In this document: positions 1 to 10,108 of the stretch, piece after piece
How the letters are laid out: every line of letters begins with the position of its first letter
Position numbering within the stretch: the first letter of the stretch is position 1
Assembly (NCBI GenBank): GCA_963666365.2
Contig: CAXXNF010000002.1
Span: forward strand, 416,001-480,000
Source of the DNA: Syntrophales bacterium
Lineage (GTDB): Bacteria; Desulfobacterota; Syntrophia; Syntrophales; UBA2210
DNA: 64,000 bases
Reading direction: 5' to 3'
The notes under the pieces: model-generated
What the model was told of the DNA's origin: nothing
Seen by the model: only the letters and a program-made list of their open reading frames with translations
Databases searched by the model: none
Position numbers and translations under genes: made by a program

Positions 1-492
1 CCAATCACAAAACAAGCCAAACTGATCCGGATAGCTTGCCGTAGTACCAAAGACATAGCCTGGCGGATAAATAGACATAAATGTCGGTGAATTTGTATAA
101 ACACATATTTTATCTCGATCACATCGAGGCTTTAAGGCTTCTATTTGAGCTGAATGACTATAGTGCATAAAAAAAGGAACTTTTGCCTCCTTCCATTCCA
201 CATAATAGGAAAGTGCAGCCTCCAGTTTCCCCAAATCTTCATGGTCTACCCGCCTCATTGGCACTCCGTTACACCCTCCGGAAGAATTAATATATTTCAT
301 AGCAGCATCAAAGGATTCGGCCGACTCGGCGTTGACCGAGGCGTAGGGACCAGCCATGTCAGCCATCCGATACCAAACAATCTCTTTTGGCGCATCTTTT
401 TCTGCCGCCGTTGCAAAAGTGTTGCATGAAATCACCATTGCAATCGACAATAGGAAAATAACAAAAAAATTAATATTATGTTTTCCTTTCAT
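1..492 (-). CDS. Branched-chain amino acid-type ABC transporter substrate-binding protein (runs off the window edge)
   Basis: Translated by hand: MKGKHNINFFVIFLLSIAMVISCNTFATAAEKDAPKEIVWYRMADMAGPYAS...GGCNGVP. Signal peptide, GGAGG RBS, directly downstream of the permeases. Confidence 0.8.
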   Translation of the reverse strand, partial: MKGKHNINFFVIFLLSIAMVISCNTFATAAEKDAPKEIVWYRMADMAGPYASVNAESAESFDAAMKYINSSGGCNGVPMRRVDHEDLGKLEAALSYYVEWKEAKVPFFMHYSHSAQIEALKPRCDRDKICVYTNSPTFMSIYPPGYVFGTTASYPDQFGLFCDW

Positions 493-600
493 TTTACACC
501 TCCCATGTCATTGTTATTCTGGTTTAGTGCTCTTCTTATGCCATCAAACAGTACTGGGCATTTATCATTATTTATTTAACTACTCACAAGATCCTCCTTT

Positions 601-1656
601 TTAATATGAGAAAGGACGCAATCGGTATCTAGTTTTCACTATTTCCCATAGATGGGCTAGGCCCCTTGGCTCAAATATCAAAAATACGATGATTACAAGG
701 CCAAAGACCACAGGTGAAAGAGCAGTGGAGCGGACAACTCCGAGGCCCATGGCTGCAAATGCCGGTATCAAATACAACCGAACCACATTGTCAAGAAGGA
801 GGATAAATATTGAGCCGAATACCGCACCAGTAATACTGCCCATACCCCCGACGATAAGCATTCCCAAGAACCAAATTGATCGCATCAAATCGAAATGCTC
901 GTAATTTATTGCTCCTGCCCAATGTGCCCAGAGCCCGCCTGCAATTCCAGCATAAAAAGAGCAAATAAAGAACGAAAGAAGCTTATATCGAAATATATTA
1001 ATGCCCATAACTTCCGCAGCTAAATCATTGTCTCGTATGGCGATAAATGCCCGCCCAATGCCAGTCCTAACAATATTTTTGGCAAAATAAATCATTACTA
1101 TGGCGACGGGCATAATAATGAATAAGATGTCTCTTTGACTCTCGAAGTACTTACCTAATAATTGAATTGGAGGTACCAGCAACGCTCTGACTCCCCCTGT
1201 GAGGTCAGGAAAACCATTAATGATTAAGGCTATTACGATAAACTGGGCAGCAAGTGTAGTAATGGCAAGATAGAAACCTTTTAAATTTAATGATGGCAGG
1301 CCAAAAACGAGCCCAACTAAGCCCGCGGATATACCTCCACACAAAAGGTTAATCAAAAAAGGAAACTTAAGATGGATTGCAAAAAGTGCGCAGGTGTAAG
1401 CACCTACTGCCATAAAAGCAGCCTGTCCAACGTTTATCTGGCCAGTATATCCAGTTAGAATATTGAGCCCTTGAACAGCAATAACTAAGATCCCGATCAT
1501 ATTTACCAGATAAATCCAACGCACTGGCAGATAAAGTGGCAATGTGAAGATGAAAACTAAACCTAGGATTAAAATTACCCAATGTACCCAAGTTCTAAAA
1601 ATCATCATATCCTGAGAATATTTCTGGTCATAGATGCCACAACGTAAGCCGCCCAT
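601..1656 (-). CDS. livM: HAAT-family ABC transporter permease (LivM-like)
   Basis: GLNILTGYTGQINVGQAAF and GRAFIAIRDNDLAAEVMGIN motifs; multiple TM helices. Confidence 0.9.
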   Translation of the reverse strand: MGGLRCGIYDQKYSQDMMIFRTWVHWVILILGLVFIFTLPLYLPVRWIYLVNMIGILVIAVQGLNILTGYTGQINVGQAAFMAVGAYTCALFAIHLKFPFLINLLCGGISAGLVGLVFGLPSLNLKGFYLAITTLAAQFIVIALIINGFPDLTGGVRALLVPPIQLLGKYFESQRDILFIIMPVAIVMIYFAKNIVRTGIGRAFIAIRDNDLAAEVMGINIFRYKLLSFFICSFYAGIAGGLWAHWAGAINYEHFDLMRSIWFLGMLIVGGMGSITGAVFGSIFILLLDNVVRLYLIPAFAAMGLGVVRSTALSPVVFGLVIIVFLIFEPRGLAHLWEIVKTRYRLRPFSY

Positions 1657-1657
1657 A

Positions 1658-2536
1658 TCAAATCCTTTCTATTCTTTCCATGCCAAATAATCCATGGGGC
1701 CTAAAGAACATAAATATGACTAAAATAGCGTAGGGACTTACTTCCATCCAGCATGGATTGATATAGCCTCCTACTAGTTGTTCTAACACTCCAATGATCA
1801 ATCCAGCAACAATGGCTCCCCGGATAGAATCGAGTCCCCCTAAGATGACAACAGGAAACGCCTTAAGTCCATAGTTGGCCATTTCAGGCCCTACGCCAAT
1901 TCGAACCCCGAGCAGAATGGCGCAAACCATAGAAATTAAGCCCGCTAGCATCCAGGTAACTGTAAAAATACGGTTTATACTTAAACCTTTCGCCGTGGCC
2001 AACTGATGGCTTTCAGCTGTAGCTCTCATTTCCAGACCAATCCTGCTATGTTGGTAAAGGAGAGAAAAAAGAGCTATTAGAAAGATTGATATAAGAAATG
2101 CCAAAAAAAGATCTGCAGAAATGTGTATGTCTCCTAACTTCCATCCTCCACTGGGAAAGAGGCCAGGGAAGCCGCAAGGCATATTCTTCCAGAGCAGACC
2201 ATCTAGCCCCTTGAACACAGATACGAGGGCAAGTGTGACCATAACAGATGCTAAAATGGGTTGTCCAATTAACGGACGCAATACAACTCTCTGAATGGCC
2301 ATTCCCAGAGCCATCGCACAGAGTGAAGCCAGAATAAAGGAACCGAAGATATTTATTTTAAACAAAATATAAAAGCTCCAGAAAAACATACCTCCCAACA
2401 TCATCATTTCGCCTATTGCGAAATTGAAGACGGCGGTGGCTTTGAAAATTAGGACAACGCTCAGAGCAATTAATGCATAAATGGCCCCCACTAATAAACC
2501 TGTCACTATAAACTGCCCCAAAGTACCCATAGCCAT
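1658..2536 (-). CDS. livH: HAAT-family ABC transporter permease (LivH-like)
   Basis: GAIYALIAL...VFNFAIGE, GLEMRATAE and RPHGLFG motifs. Confidence 0.9.
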   Translation of the reverse strand: MAMGTLGQFIVTGLLVGAIYALIALSVVLIFKATAVFNFAIGEMMMLGGMFFWSFYILFKINIFGSFILASLCAMALGMAIQRVVLRPLIGQPILASVMVTLALVSVFKGLDGLLWKNMPCGFPGLFPSGGWKLGDIHISADLFLAFLISIFLIALFSLLYQHSRIGLEMRATAESHQLATAKGLSINRIFTVTWMLAGLISMVCAILLGVRIGVGPEMANYGLKAFPVVILGGLDSIRGAIVAGLIIGVLEQLVGGYINPCWMEVSPYAILVIFMFFRPHGLFGMERIERI

Positions 2537-2546
2537 ATTTTCCTTA

Positions 2547-4466
2547 TCACACTGTGTTGATCTTAATGTCTGTTTTTATTTTACCCCGCCTTCCATCCTG
2601 ATATAGGATTTCAGATTCTGTGGTAAATGCTTCTTTATTCTCAAACATTGCTTTTCTTAGCTCATTGTAACCAGCTTCAACAAAACTCCTGCGCAGCTTC
2701 CTGCTTCTCGTCAGTTCTGCCTCGTCAGGGTCGAAATCCTTATGCAAAGTGACAAACTTTCGTATTTTGTTCCATTCATCAAGCAAGATGTTAACTTTTT
2801 GGATTTCCCCTCTAATTAATTCTATCACCTCTGGCTTTTGTGAAAGGTCGCTCATTGTAGTGTACGGGATACGATGTGTTTCTGCCCAACGTCCAACGTT
2901 TTCAAAGTCAATATTTATCACGGAAACGATATCTGTTTGATCTTCTTCCCCCATAACCAGTGCATTTCTTATGTAAGGACTAAATCTTAGTCTTATCTCT
3001 AGATATTGCGGTGAAAAGCTATGTCCTCCTGCTATTTCCCTCACATCTTTCATACGGTCCATTACAATGATATGGCCGTCGTCTCTAATGGTCCCAAAGT
3101 CACCGGTATGAAACCACCCTTGTTCATCCACTACGGCTTTGGATTCCATCTTATAATAGCCTGAAAACAAGTGTTCACCTCTTACCAAGATTTCTCCCTT
3201 TTTGCTTAGCCGGACTTCCATGCCTTTAACAACCACTCCCGAGGTTTCTGGGTAGCAGTCCCCCCCTCTATGCATGGCGATTATGGGGCATTCAGAGGAA
3301 CCATACATTTGCTTAAGATTTACGCCAATGCCCATAAAGAATTTTAGCAGATCAGGACTCAGTGCGGCACCACCAGTATAACAAGCTTTAATTTTCGAGA
3401 GTCCGAGCTTGTCAAGCAGTTCACGATATAGAAAAAAATGCCCGATAAATTGTAGAGTCTTCCACAACCAGCGGTTTTTCCGTCTACCGATTTCGGAGTC
3501 GGCGGCACGATAGGCCACAGCTGAGAATACCTTGAAAAGAAAACGGTCTAGAAAAATTGAATCAGGGATCTTTGCCTGCACCATTCTCATAAGGTTTTCC
3601 CATAAGCTTGGGGCAAAAAACAGAAATGACGGCCCAATTTCGCGGATATCTTCCCTGACCGTTTCTGGTGATTCAGGAAAGTTCAGAGTCATCCCGGTAA
3701 GCATTGAATTTGTAATACTTAAGCCCTGGTCTGTAACCCAAGCTGGTGATAGAAAGCAAACATAGTTGTCCTTCTCACTAAATTGCTCAGTTTCTCTAAT
3801 CCGACGTATACCCGAGATTAATTGTCTATGCGACAACATTACCCCCTTGGGATTGCCTGTTGTGCCCGAAGTATAGCTAAAAATAGCGATGTCATCTGCT
3901 TTACCTTCTTCAATACTTCGTTCAAAGTAATCATAATCCGTCTCTTCATATTTCTTTCCCAGACCCAGTATTTCCTCGAAACTTGCAAGGATTGGATCGT
4001 TGTAGTTCCACAGTCCTTTCATTTCCCAATAGATTATCTTTTTTAGAAGCGGAAGGTCATCTTTGATTTGCAGACCTTTATCAACTTGTTCCTGATCTCC
4101 TGCAATCAAAATCACTGAATCTGAATTTTCCAGATAAAATTTCACTTCTTCAGGCATGCAGTCGGTAAAAACGCCAATTGGGGTGCCTCCGGCAGCTTGA
4201 GTGGCCAGTTCAGCCCAGACCCACTCCGGCCTGTTATCACCTAAAATGCATAGCTTATCTCCCCGTTTAAACCCTAAAGCCACTAGACCCAAAGAAAAAT
4301 ACTTTATTTTTTCATAAGAATCCTTCCATGTAAAAGGTTGCCAGATACCATAATCCTTTTCACGCATTGCTATCTGCTTATCTCCGTACTTTTCATAATT
4401 TCTTTTTAGGAGTTTAGGGAGAGTCTCTTCCAGTATTATATCGACCTTCTGATTGGAAATGTTCAT
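2547..4466 (-). CDS. Long-chain acyl-CoA synthetase (AMP-binding)
   Basis: YTSGTTGNPKG, YGSSE and GWFHTGD motifs. Confidence 0.9.
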   Translation of the reverse strand: MNISNQKVDIILEETLPKLLKRNYEKYGDKQIAMREKDYGIWQPFTWKDSYEKIKYFSLGLVALGFKRGDKLCILGDNRPEWVWAELATQAAGGTPIGVFTDCMPEEVKFYLENSDSVILIAGDQEQVDKGLQIKDDLPLLKKIIYWEMKGLWNYNDPILASFEEILGLGKKYEETDYDYFERSIEEGKADDIAIFSYTSGTTGNPKGVMLSHRQLISGIRRIRETEQFSEKDNYVCFLSPAWVTDQGLSITNSMLTGMTLNFPESPETVREDIREIGPSFLFFAPSLWENLMRMVQAKIPDSIFLDRFLFKVFSAVAYRAADSEIGRRKNRWLWKTLQFIGHFFLYRELLDKLGLSKIKACYTGGAALSPDLLKFFMGIGVNLKQMYGSSECPIIAMHRGGDCYPETSGVVVKGMEVRLSKKGEILVRGEHLFSGYYKMESKAVVDEQGWFHTGDFGTIRDDGHIIVMDRMKDVREIAGGHSFSPQYLEIRLRFSPYIRNALVMGEEDQTDIVSVINIDFENVGRWAETHRIPYTTMSDLSQKPEVIELIRGEIQKVNILLDEWNKIRKFVTLHKDFDPDEAELTRSRKLRRSFVEAGYNELRKAMFENKEAFTTESEILYQDGRRGKIKTDIKINTV

Positions 4467-5263
4467 TACTCCTCTCCAAGATAAGCTTTTATTACCTTCT
4501 GATCCCTTTTGATTTCATCTGGCAAGCCTTCGGCTAGTTTAAACCCGAAATCTAAAACACATATTCTTTCCGCAATATCCATCACTACTTCCATGTCATG
4601 TTCTACCAGGATAATGGGAATTTTCCATAACTCATATACATCTATAATGAATCTCGCCATATCTTCTTTTTCATTGGCACTCATCCCTGCCATAGGTTCA
4701 TCTAATAGAAGAATTTTGGGATCAACAGCCAAAGCTCGCCCCAAGTCCACTCTTTTTCGCCAGCCATAGGAAAGTGTTCCCACAACTTTTTTTCTGACAG
4801 ATTCCAACTCCAATAAATCAATAATACCCTCCACAAACTCACGGTGCTTGATCTCTTTTCGCCGCTCTGGCCCAAAAAACAGGGCACCCCATAGAACGGA
4901 AGGTTTTAGATGGCAGTGCCTTGCTGCCATCAGGTTATCAAGGGTGTTTAAGCCGGTATATAGTTGTATGTTTTGGAATGTTCGCGAAATCCCCAATGCA
5001 CCAATTTTGTGAGCTGGCCAACGAGTAATATCAAGCCCGTTAAAATGCACAGAACCTTTAATAGGCCTGTAAAACCCATTAATACAATTAAATATAGATG
5101 TTTTCCCCGCCCCATTGGGTCCAATAATAGCTACTAACTCAGGCTTATTTATTTCCAAGCTCACCCCTGAAAGAACCATATTGTTTGCAAACTTGAGCCA
5201 AAGATCATTTAACTTTAAAGATACATCCTCAGCTACGTTTCGCATTTTAATACACTTGGCCAC
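4466..5263 (-). CDS. livG: HAAT-family ABC transporter ATP-binding protein (LivG-like)
   Basis: Walker A GPNGAGKT, RTFQN, Walker B LLLDEP, VEHDM. Confidence 0.9.
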   Translation of the reverse strand: MAKCIKMRNVAEDVSLKLNDLWLKFANNMVLSGVSLEINKPELVAIIGPNGAGKTSIFNCINGFYRPIKGSVHFNGLDITRWPAHKIGALGISRTFQNIQLYTGLNTLDNLMAARHCHLKPSVLWGALFFGPERRKEIKHREFVEGIIDLLELESVRKKVVGTLSYGWRKRVDLGRALAVDPKILLLDEPMAGMSANEKEDMARFIIDVYELWKIPIILVEHDMEVVMDIAERICVLDFGFKLAEGLPDEIKRDQKVIKAYLGEE

Positions 5264-5429
5264 TCACAACGACCTCCTTTAGATTTAGAATCCAACGCCT
5301 CAAAACATTTACCAGAAGCTTCTATAAAACCAGAATCATTTAATGTTGTTGTGGGCTCGCGTTATGCAGCATTATAGATTTTGTAGATATGGTTTATTAG
5401 CCAAAAAAAGCGACAACCCTTTAATGGGA

Positions 5430-5885
5430 GGTCTCTATATACCGATACCTCGTACTCTAAAAAAGGAAGAATGCAATGAGCTTGGAGCACTGACACACCA
5501 GGAAAAGAGCCAGAAAGGTTTCCGATGTATTAGCAGTAGGGTGAGAGGTTGATCAATTGAGCATTTAAAGAAATGATTTTGGGGTAATGAACCGGAGGTA
5601 GTACTGGAGAGCAAGCCGCGGTACAAACCGCAACGAGAGACCAAGTTCAATGAGGCTTTTGAAGGTAAGTCTATAGCATTAACCTGACCATAAGTTCCGC
5701 AGGAATACCACTGATGGTGGACGGTCAGACTGCTGGCTGATATGGCTGTTGAGTTGCAATATGCCAAATCGCCGTTGTGAATGTCAATACAAAAGTTTTG
5801 AAAAAAAATGAACTCAAGCCTTGCTACAATAAATGCTAGGAAATTCCTCCAGAATGCAGCATGGAGTTTGTAGCAAATATGGCTG
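5430..5885 (+). pseudogene. Degenerate IS630-family transposase relic
   Basis: Fragments TLKKEECNELGALTHQEK, SIEHLKK*F, WTVRLLADMAVEL, KKNELKP and IPPECSMEFVANM are colinear with the intact IS630 transposase at 13580-14712. Contains stops and frameshifts. Confidence 0.8.
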
Positions 5886-6083
5886 CATGGCAAAGATAAT
5901 GAAACAGAAATTCGAGGAGGATGATCTATCAACTTAAACCTCCCACAGCAGTGGTCTGGTAGATGCGATCATATCCAAATCCGCAGTTTTAATTGTAACC
6001 TGGGACCAGCTTCCCTCTTTTCAGCGGGGCTTCAGATTCCCCCCACCCCCAAAGAATAACTGAAATTAATTTGCTTTACGTTT

Positions 6084-6350
6084 CTATATTTTGACTCTAA
6101 GATTAGCTTCTTCCGAAAATATTTTATCCCTATACGCACTCAACTGAGAACAATTCACACCCCTACACTTCCACTCTTTTAGTTTTTTCGATTTCCTTCT
6201 GAATAAGACTCCGGCTCGATAATTCTTATTTTTCTCATACTGCTCCTGGCCTGTACACTTGACTGACATATCTTTTGCAAGCAACAAGGTTACATCCCCA
6301 TTAACATCACCACAGTAAATAGTGGTCGATGTTACTTCCCAGTCTATCAT
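6084..6350 (-). CDS. Small Cys-containing hypothetical protein
   Basis: 88-aa ORF with four Cys and a plausible RBS; function unknown. Confidence 0.6.
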   Translation of the reverse strand: MIDWEVTSTTIYCGDVNGDVTLLLAKDMSVKCTGQEQYEKNKNYRAGVLFRRKSKKLKEWKCRGVNCSQLSAYRDKIFSEEANLRVKI

Positions 6351-6821
6351 CTTGCTTCTCTACCTATCCTTTTATGTGTTAAATATTTAATTCAAGGCAA
6401 TTGGAACTAATACGACACTAAATTACCAATTAATGATCGAAAAATGAAAAGGAGAACCTATCTCCTACGGTATTGGAAGTAACTCTATTTAGTGTCCCCC
6501 TCGGGGATGTTTGAAATCCTTACCTACAGGTGAAGAGAGATTTGGCGAAGCCCTTAAGGGACAATAAATCCCACATTATTCAATAAGATAGTCCTTTAAC
6601 CCCACGGCTTATAGCCAATTGTAGGTTCAGTAAGGAGTTCATAAAATGTAAAAATCGCCCTTGTAATCTGGATACTATTCAACTTTCGACTTGTTGTCAA
6701 GTACAAATGTCAGGAGCGTCAGGAGTGTGAATAGCTTTCGGTGTCCCTACTGCGCTCCGGGTAAAAAGGCGGTGTCTCGTCGGAATATGACAAGGGGTAT
6801 TTATCGGATCGGCTGAAGTCT

Positions 6822-7019
6822 TTAAGGGGTCGGTTTCAGAAGCGGTATAAGAAGGTCGTATAAGTTCGGGCGCGGCCAATTTGTCGTTGTTCGGGTTTGT
6901 TGAGTGAAGGTAATATATCGCCTATGATTCGTGAATGTCAAAAAGAAAATGACAGCGGCTGATAGGCCAAACGCCCTTTTCAAAGCTATAATTGCGGCTG
7001 CTTCTTTATTCGCCTTCAT
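6822..7019 (-). CDS. Probable truncated cassette ORF (hydrophobic N-terminus)
   Basis: ATG with AGGAG RBS about 25 nt after the GTT crossover of the 7040-7113 attC; no closing attC seen. Confidence 0.35.
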   Translation of the reverse strand: MKANKEAAAIIALKRAFGLSAAVIFFLTFTNHRRYITFTQQTRTTTNWPRPNLYDLLIPLLKPTP

Positions 7020-7039
7020 TGCTGTCTCCTTTGCTGATG

Positions 7040-7113
7040 GCATAACGCTCCGCATAACCGGCTGGCAGTGGAGCGCAGCGGAATTGGCGTCCGTGTGAGT
7101 GGCACTGTTGGCA
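7040..7113 (-). other. attC-like recombination site
   Basis: Minus strand R'' TGCCAAC ... R' GTTATGC, 74 bp, imperfect internal inverted repeat, ~30 bp after the stop of 7145-8617. Confidence 0.7.
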
Positions 7114-7144
7114 TTTCATGTTAATGCATTGCGGATGTCGTTGC

Positions 7145-8617
7145 TCATTCCTGTTTCCCTAGCGATACCAGTTCAATCGTTTCGGCATACGATCGCTTGA
7201 GAATCTCGTCACCTGCCATGGCGAGCTCGGTCCAACCTTTGTCCGCAATTCTGCCCATGTGTTCAAGCCGCAGTTGGGAGCGGTCGAAGAGCCAGTACTT
7301 CAGTGACGGCAAGAGGTAGCGGACCAATGACAACCATTCCGCATAGTTGATGGCAAGGGGGTTCCCTTTACACAAGGCCACCTTGCCTGCGTTTCCGGCA
7401 CAAGCAACAGCATGTGCGGAAAGAAGCATAGACCTGTATTTCGGGTTCTTGGCCAGTAGAAAAGGTACTTCACCGTTCTTTGCGTAGTGCCGGATCATGA
7501 GGTAGCCCCCCAGAATGATCTCGATGACTGCCGGCGTGATACCCATCACAAGGAAATGCCGGAAATCGTAACCATTCGTATACATCCATCTGGCCACTTG
7601 TCCTACCGTCCGTCCTCCTTTCCCAAGATTACCTGCGTTGATGCCCTGAAAAAGGGTGAAGAATGGAGGAGGAATGCCCGGAGGCGTCGCTACATCAGAA
7701 ATCAGATGGCCCATTTGCTTGAGGATCGCCGTAATCAGGCCCACTGGCTCAAGGTTGGTCCAGACCTGGCCCTGTACGAGTTCGTGAACGCCAGAGAGCT
7801 TGTCGTACGAGAACCCCGTAATCGTACCTTTCATGATGTCAAGTACCCCGAAGATGAAGCCAAGGACGGGATCATGGCCCAAAGTCTGGAACCTGTGGGT
7901 TGTTCCCCCCGCACCCATCAGGCTTTCCAGCTTTCCACTTTTCTCGAAGACCGTTCCGTCGTATGGAACTCTGCATTTCGACTCCAGACTGCGCGCCCAT
8001 CTAGCGAACCAATCCTGTCGTCCGTCCTGCTTCCGGGAATCGTACTTCTTCAGCCATTCCGTAATAGGGCTCGCCTGCTGCCCCGAATACTGTCCCGTGT
8101 TGAAGCTGCGAGGGATCTTCACCAAAAGGAAATCAGTCAGACTCGCTATCACCCCGGCTGCGCCCACAAAAGCGTAATCCCACTTGTCCCATCGGTACTG
8201 TGCCCCGTAATCCTCCTGCTTCAGGCGCTCAAGATCGTCATTGCTCAAGAACGCTTCCCAAGGCAGGGAACAGTCCAAATCATACTCTGCGCAATATGCT
8301 ACACTGTCACGGACGAACTGGTCCCAATCGACAAAGGCTAGGACAGAGGTCTCCCGCGCGACAGCCTCCCGCCGGCGCTGATAGATGCTCTCGATTTCCC
8401 CTGGGTCCCAATCCGCCATGTCGGCGGCGCAAAGGAGCCCGCTCTTCTGCTCGATCTCGTCCATGAGGCATGACAACGCTTGAAGCTGGTCAGCCTGTCC
8501 GTTCGCTTCTCCGAGCGCCGGAGCCAAAGCGTCCAGCCGTCCGCTCGCTTGCTCCAGCACATGCCGCTGAGCTTGGAGTACGGCCCGTAACGAATGGAGT
8601 TCCGACGCGGTCGTCAT
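7145..8617 (-). CDS. Hypothetical protein (N-terminal coiled coil, C-terminal hydrophobic segments); second gene of a two-gene cassette
   Basis: 490-aa ORF with ATGA overlap with the upstream gene. Confidence 0.8.
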   Translation of the reverse strand: MTTASELHSLRAVLQAQRHVLEQASGRLDALAPALGEANGQADQLQALSCLMDEIEQKSGLLCAADMADWDPGEIESIYQRRREAVARETSVLAFVDWDQFVRDSVAYCAEYDLDCSLPWEAFLSNDDLERLKQEDYGAQYRWDKWDYAFVGAAGVIASLTDFLLVKIPRSFNTGQYSGQQASPITEWLKKYDSRKQDGRQDWFARWARSLESKCRVPYDGTVFEKSGKLESLMGAGGTTHRFQTLGHDPVLGFIFGVLDIMKGTITGFSYDKLSGVHELVQGQVWTNLEPVGLITAILKQMGHLISDVATPPGIPPPFFTLFQGINAGNLGKGGRTVGQVARWMYTNGYDFRHFLVMGITPAVIEIILGGYLMIRHYAKNGEVPFLLAKNPKYRSMLLSAHAVACAGNAGKVALCKGNPLAINYAEWLSLVRYLLPSLKYWLFDRSQLRLEHMGRIADKGWTELAMAGDEILKRSYAETIELVSLGKQE

Positions 8618-9486
8618 GCAACAGCCCTCGCTTCCCTTTGGCGAAGCACCTGTTTCAGGGAGGTGAGTCGCTCCGTCAGAATTGCGATCGCCTCCCGGTT
8701 GGCTTGGGATTCCGCCGCGTTTGCTTCCAGCGACTCAATCCTGTTGATTATTTGAGTAATGGCATCCTGAAGGTTCTTGATGACTAGTTGCGCCTTCCGT
8801 TCCTGCTCTGCGCGAAGCTTCTCTTCCTTGACCTTTCTACTGTCCCCGAGAAGCCACTTTGTGCCCAGAAACACGGCTGTTCCAAGCACTATCGCGACTC
8901 CGATACCAGGCACCATGCCAAACCCCAACCCAAGCGCGGCAAGACCCCCGGTAATACCCGCTGCGCTCAGACCGATGATCGTACCGCTGAAGTACACTGC
9001 GGCAATGGGCACTCCCACCGCACCGAGCCCTGCTGCAGCGGCCTTGATGGCCTTCTCCGCAGCATTGTTGTCAAGGCCCTCGCGAGCAACGCGGCGAGCC
9101 TCCTTCACGAAATTGATGATGGCCTTCCGCTGGTCTTCGGTGACCCGTAATCGTGTGCACACGGATGAGAGGAACTCCTTCTCCTCTTCTTCCATAATGT
9201 CGTCAGCCAATATGGTCTCCACCACGGCTACGATCACCGCATATCGCAGTTCGTCACGTGCGTTAACCAGTTGGTCCAGACAAGAATCGAGATTAGGTGG
9301 AGTCAAGACGAACCCTTGAACCTGCTTGCGATTGTCTTGGTCCAGTGCATCGAGGTCGAGCGATCCGAAAATTGCCAACATCTCTTCCTTAGAGGCATGC
9401 CCATCGGCGGCGGATGCAGCGAAACTCAAGCCGTAGAAGGCTACCAACTGGTCCTGCGGGATTGTTTTCATGTCGAACTTGGCCAT
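8614..9486 (-). CDS. TerB-like domain protein with glycine-rich membrane segment and coiled coil
   Basis: Two TerB-type motifs (ASAADGHASKEE; ILADDIMEEEEKEFL), a Gly/Ala-rich hydrophobic region and a C-terminal coiled coil. Confidence 0.7.
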   Translation of the reverse strand: MAKFDMKTIPQDQLVAFYGLSFAASAADGHASKEEMLAIFGSLDLDALDQDNRKQVQGFVLTPPNLDSCLDQLVNARDELRYAVIVAVVETILADDIMEEEEKEFLSSVCTRLRVTEDQRKAIINFVKEARRVAREGLDNNAAEKAIKAAAAGLGAVGVPIAAVYFSGTIIGLSAAGITGGLAALGLGFGMVPGIGVAIVLGTAVFLGTKWLLGDSRKVKEEKLRAEQERKAQLVIKNLQDAITQIINRIESLEANAAESQANREAIAILTERLTSLKQVLRQREARAVA

Positions 9487-9530
9487 TGCTGTTTTCCTTT
9501 CTCATTGGTTGATTCGGTGATCTAGTCTGA

Positions 9531-9660
9531 TGTCAACGCCGCAAATCACGGGCCGGGCGGCGAATCACGAAAACGGCCAGTAAACGAAAGAGGTCGAAAA
9601 AAGAAAGCCATCAATCACTGCACGCTCCTCGCCCGGTCCCAGTGAATTTGCTTGTTATGC
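9531..9660 (-). other. attC-like recombination site (130 bp)
   Basis: R'' GCATAAC ... R' GTTGACA. On the + strand gcaaatcacgggccgggcg pairs with cgcccgg(t)ccc(a)gtg(a)atttgc, with bulged bases on the R'' arm. Confidence 0.85.
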
Positions 9661-9692
9661 GCAAAAATATTTTTAATTTCAATTAGTTAAAT

Positions 9693-9875
9693 CTATTCCT
9701 TACTTTCTTTTATTTTGACAATAGTAGGTTCGAATATTCGGCATACAATAAAAAGAACAACACCAATTAATAGGAGAAGAAACCCCATAACAAATCCATG
9801 TTGGCCACCAGCAAACCAAGCAATACCGATAATTGAGATAACGACAGAAAGCAATTTTAAAATTTTCCAGATCAT
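9693..9875 (-). CDS. Small two-TM membrane protein (cassette gene)
   Basis: 60 aa, two hydrophobic helices, GAGG RBS, followed by an attC. Confidence 0.65.
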   Translation of the reverse strand: MIWKILKLLSVVISIIGIAWFAGGQHGFVMGFLLLLIGVVLFIVCRIFEPTIVKIKESKE

Positions 9876-9897
9876 GACAGAATATTTTCCTCTTTTG

Positions 9898-10082
9898 TTT
9901 AAGGTTGCATACGGAGTTAGTCATAATTCCGCATACAATCCTGTTGGACTACGCCGCAATTCAGCGCTCCCTTATGGGGATTCAATAATGTGGCTTTGTC
10001 CTATGTTTCCATCAAAAATATCGATATGGTCCTTGATTGAATAGCGTATTTACGAAAAAGTGGGGCAAAAAAAGGCTCCTTT
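9898..10082 (-). mobile_element. Orphan end of the recombinase-IS91 unit plus its attC-like hairpin (R' lost)
   Basis: Diverged direct repeat of 22270-22452, including gttggactacgccgc and the tatgggg(g)attcaat motif. Confidence 0.85.
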
Positions 10083-10108
10083 ATGAGGCTACCCGCAGCG
10101 TTATATCG

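Noticed and set aside
5435..5932. 165-aa minus-strand ORF
   Set aside because: It is antisense to the IS630 relic and has no recognisable features.
6490..6565. Degenerate tRNA end or left att site (gtgtccccctcggggatgtttgaaatcc)
   Set aside because: It does not match the tRNA-Arg fragment, would be in the wrong orientation, and no cloverleaf can be built.
6697..6930. Iteron or palindrome remnants (gtcaggag x2, gtataag x2)
   Set aside because: Too few and too short to distinguish from chance.
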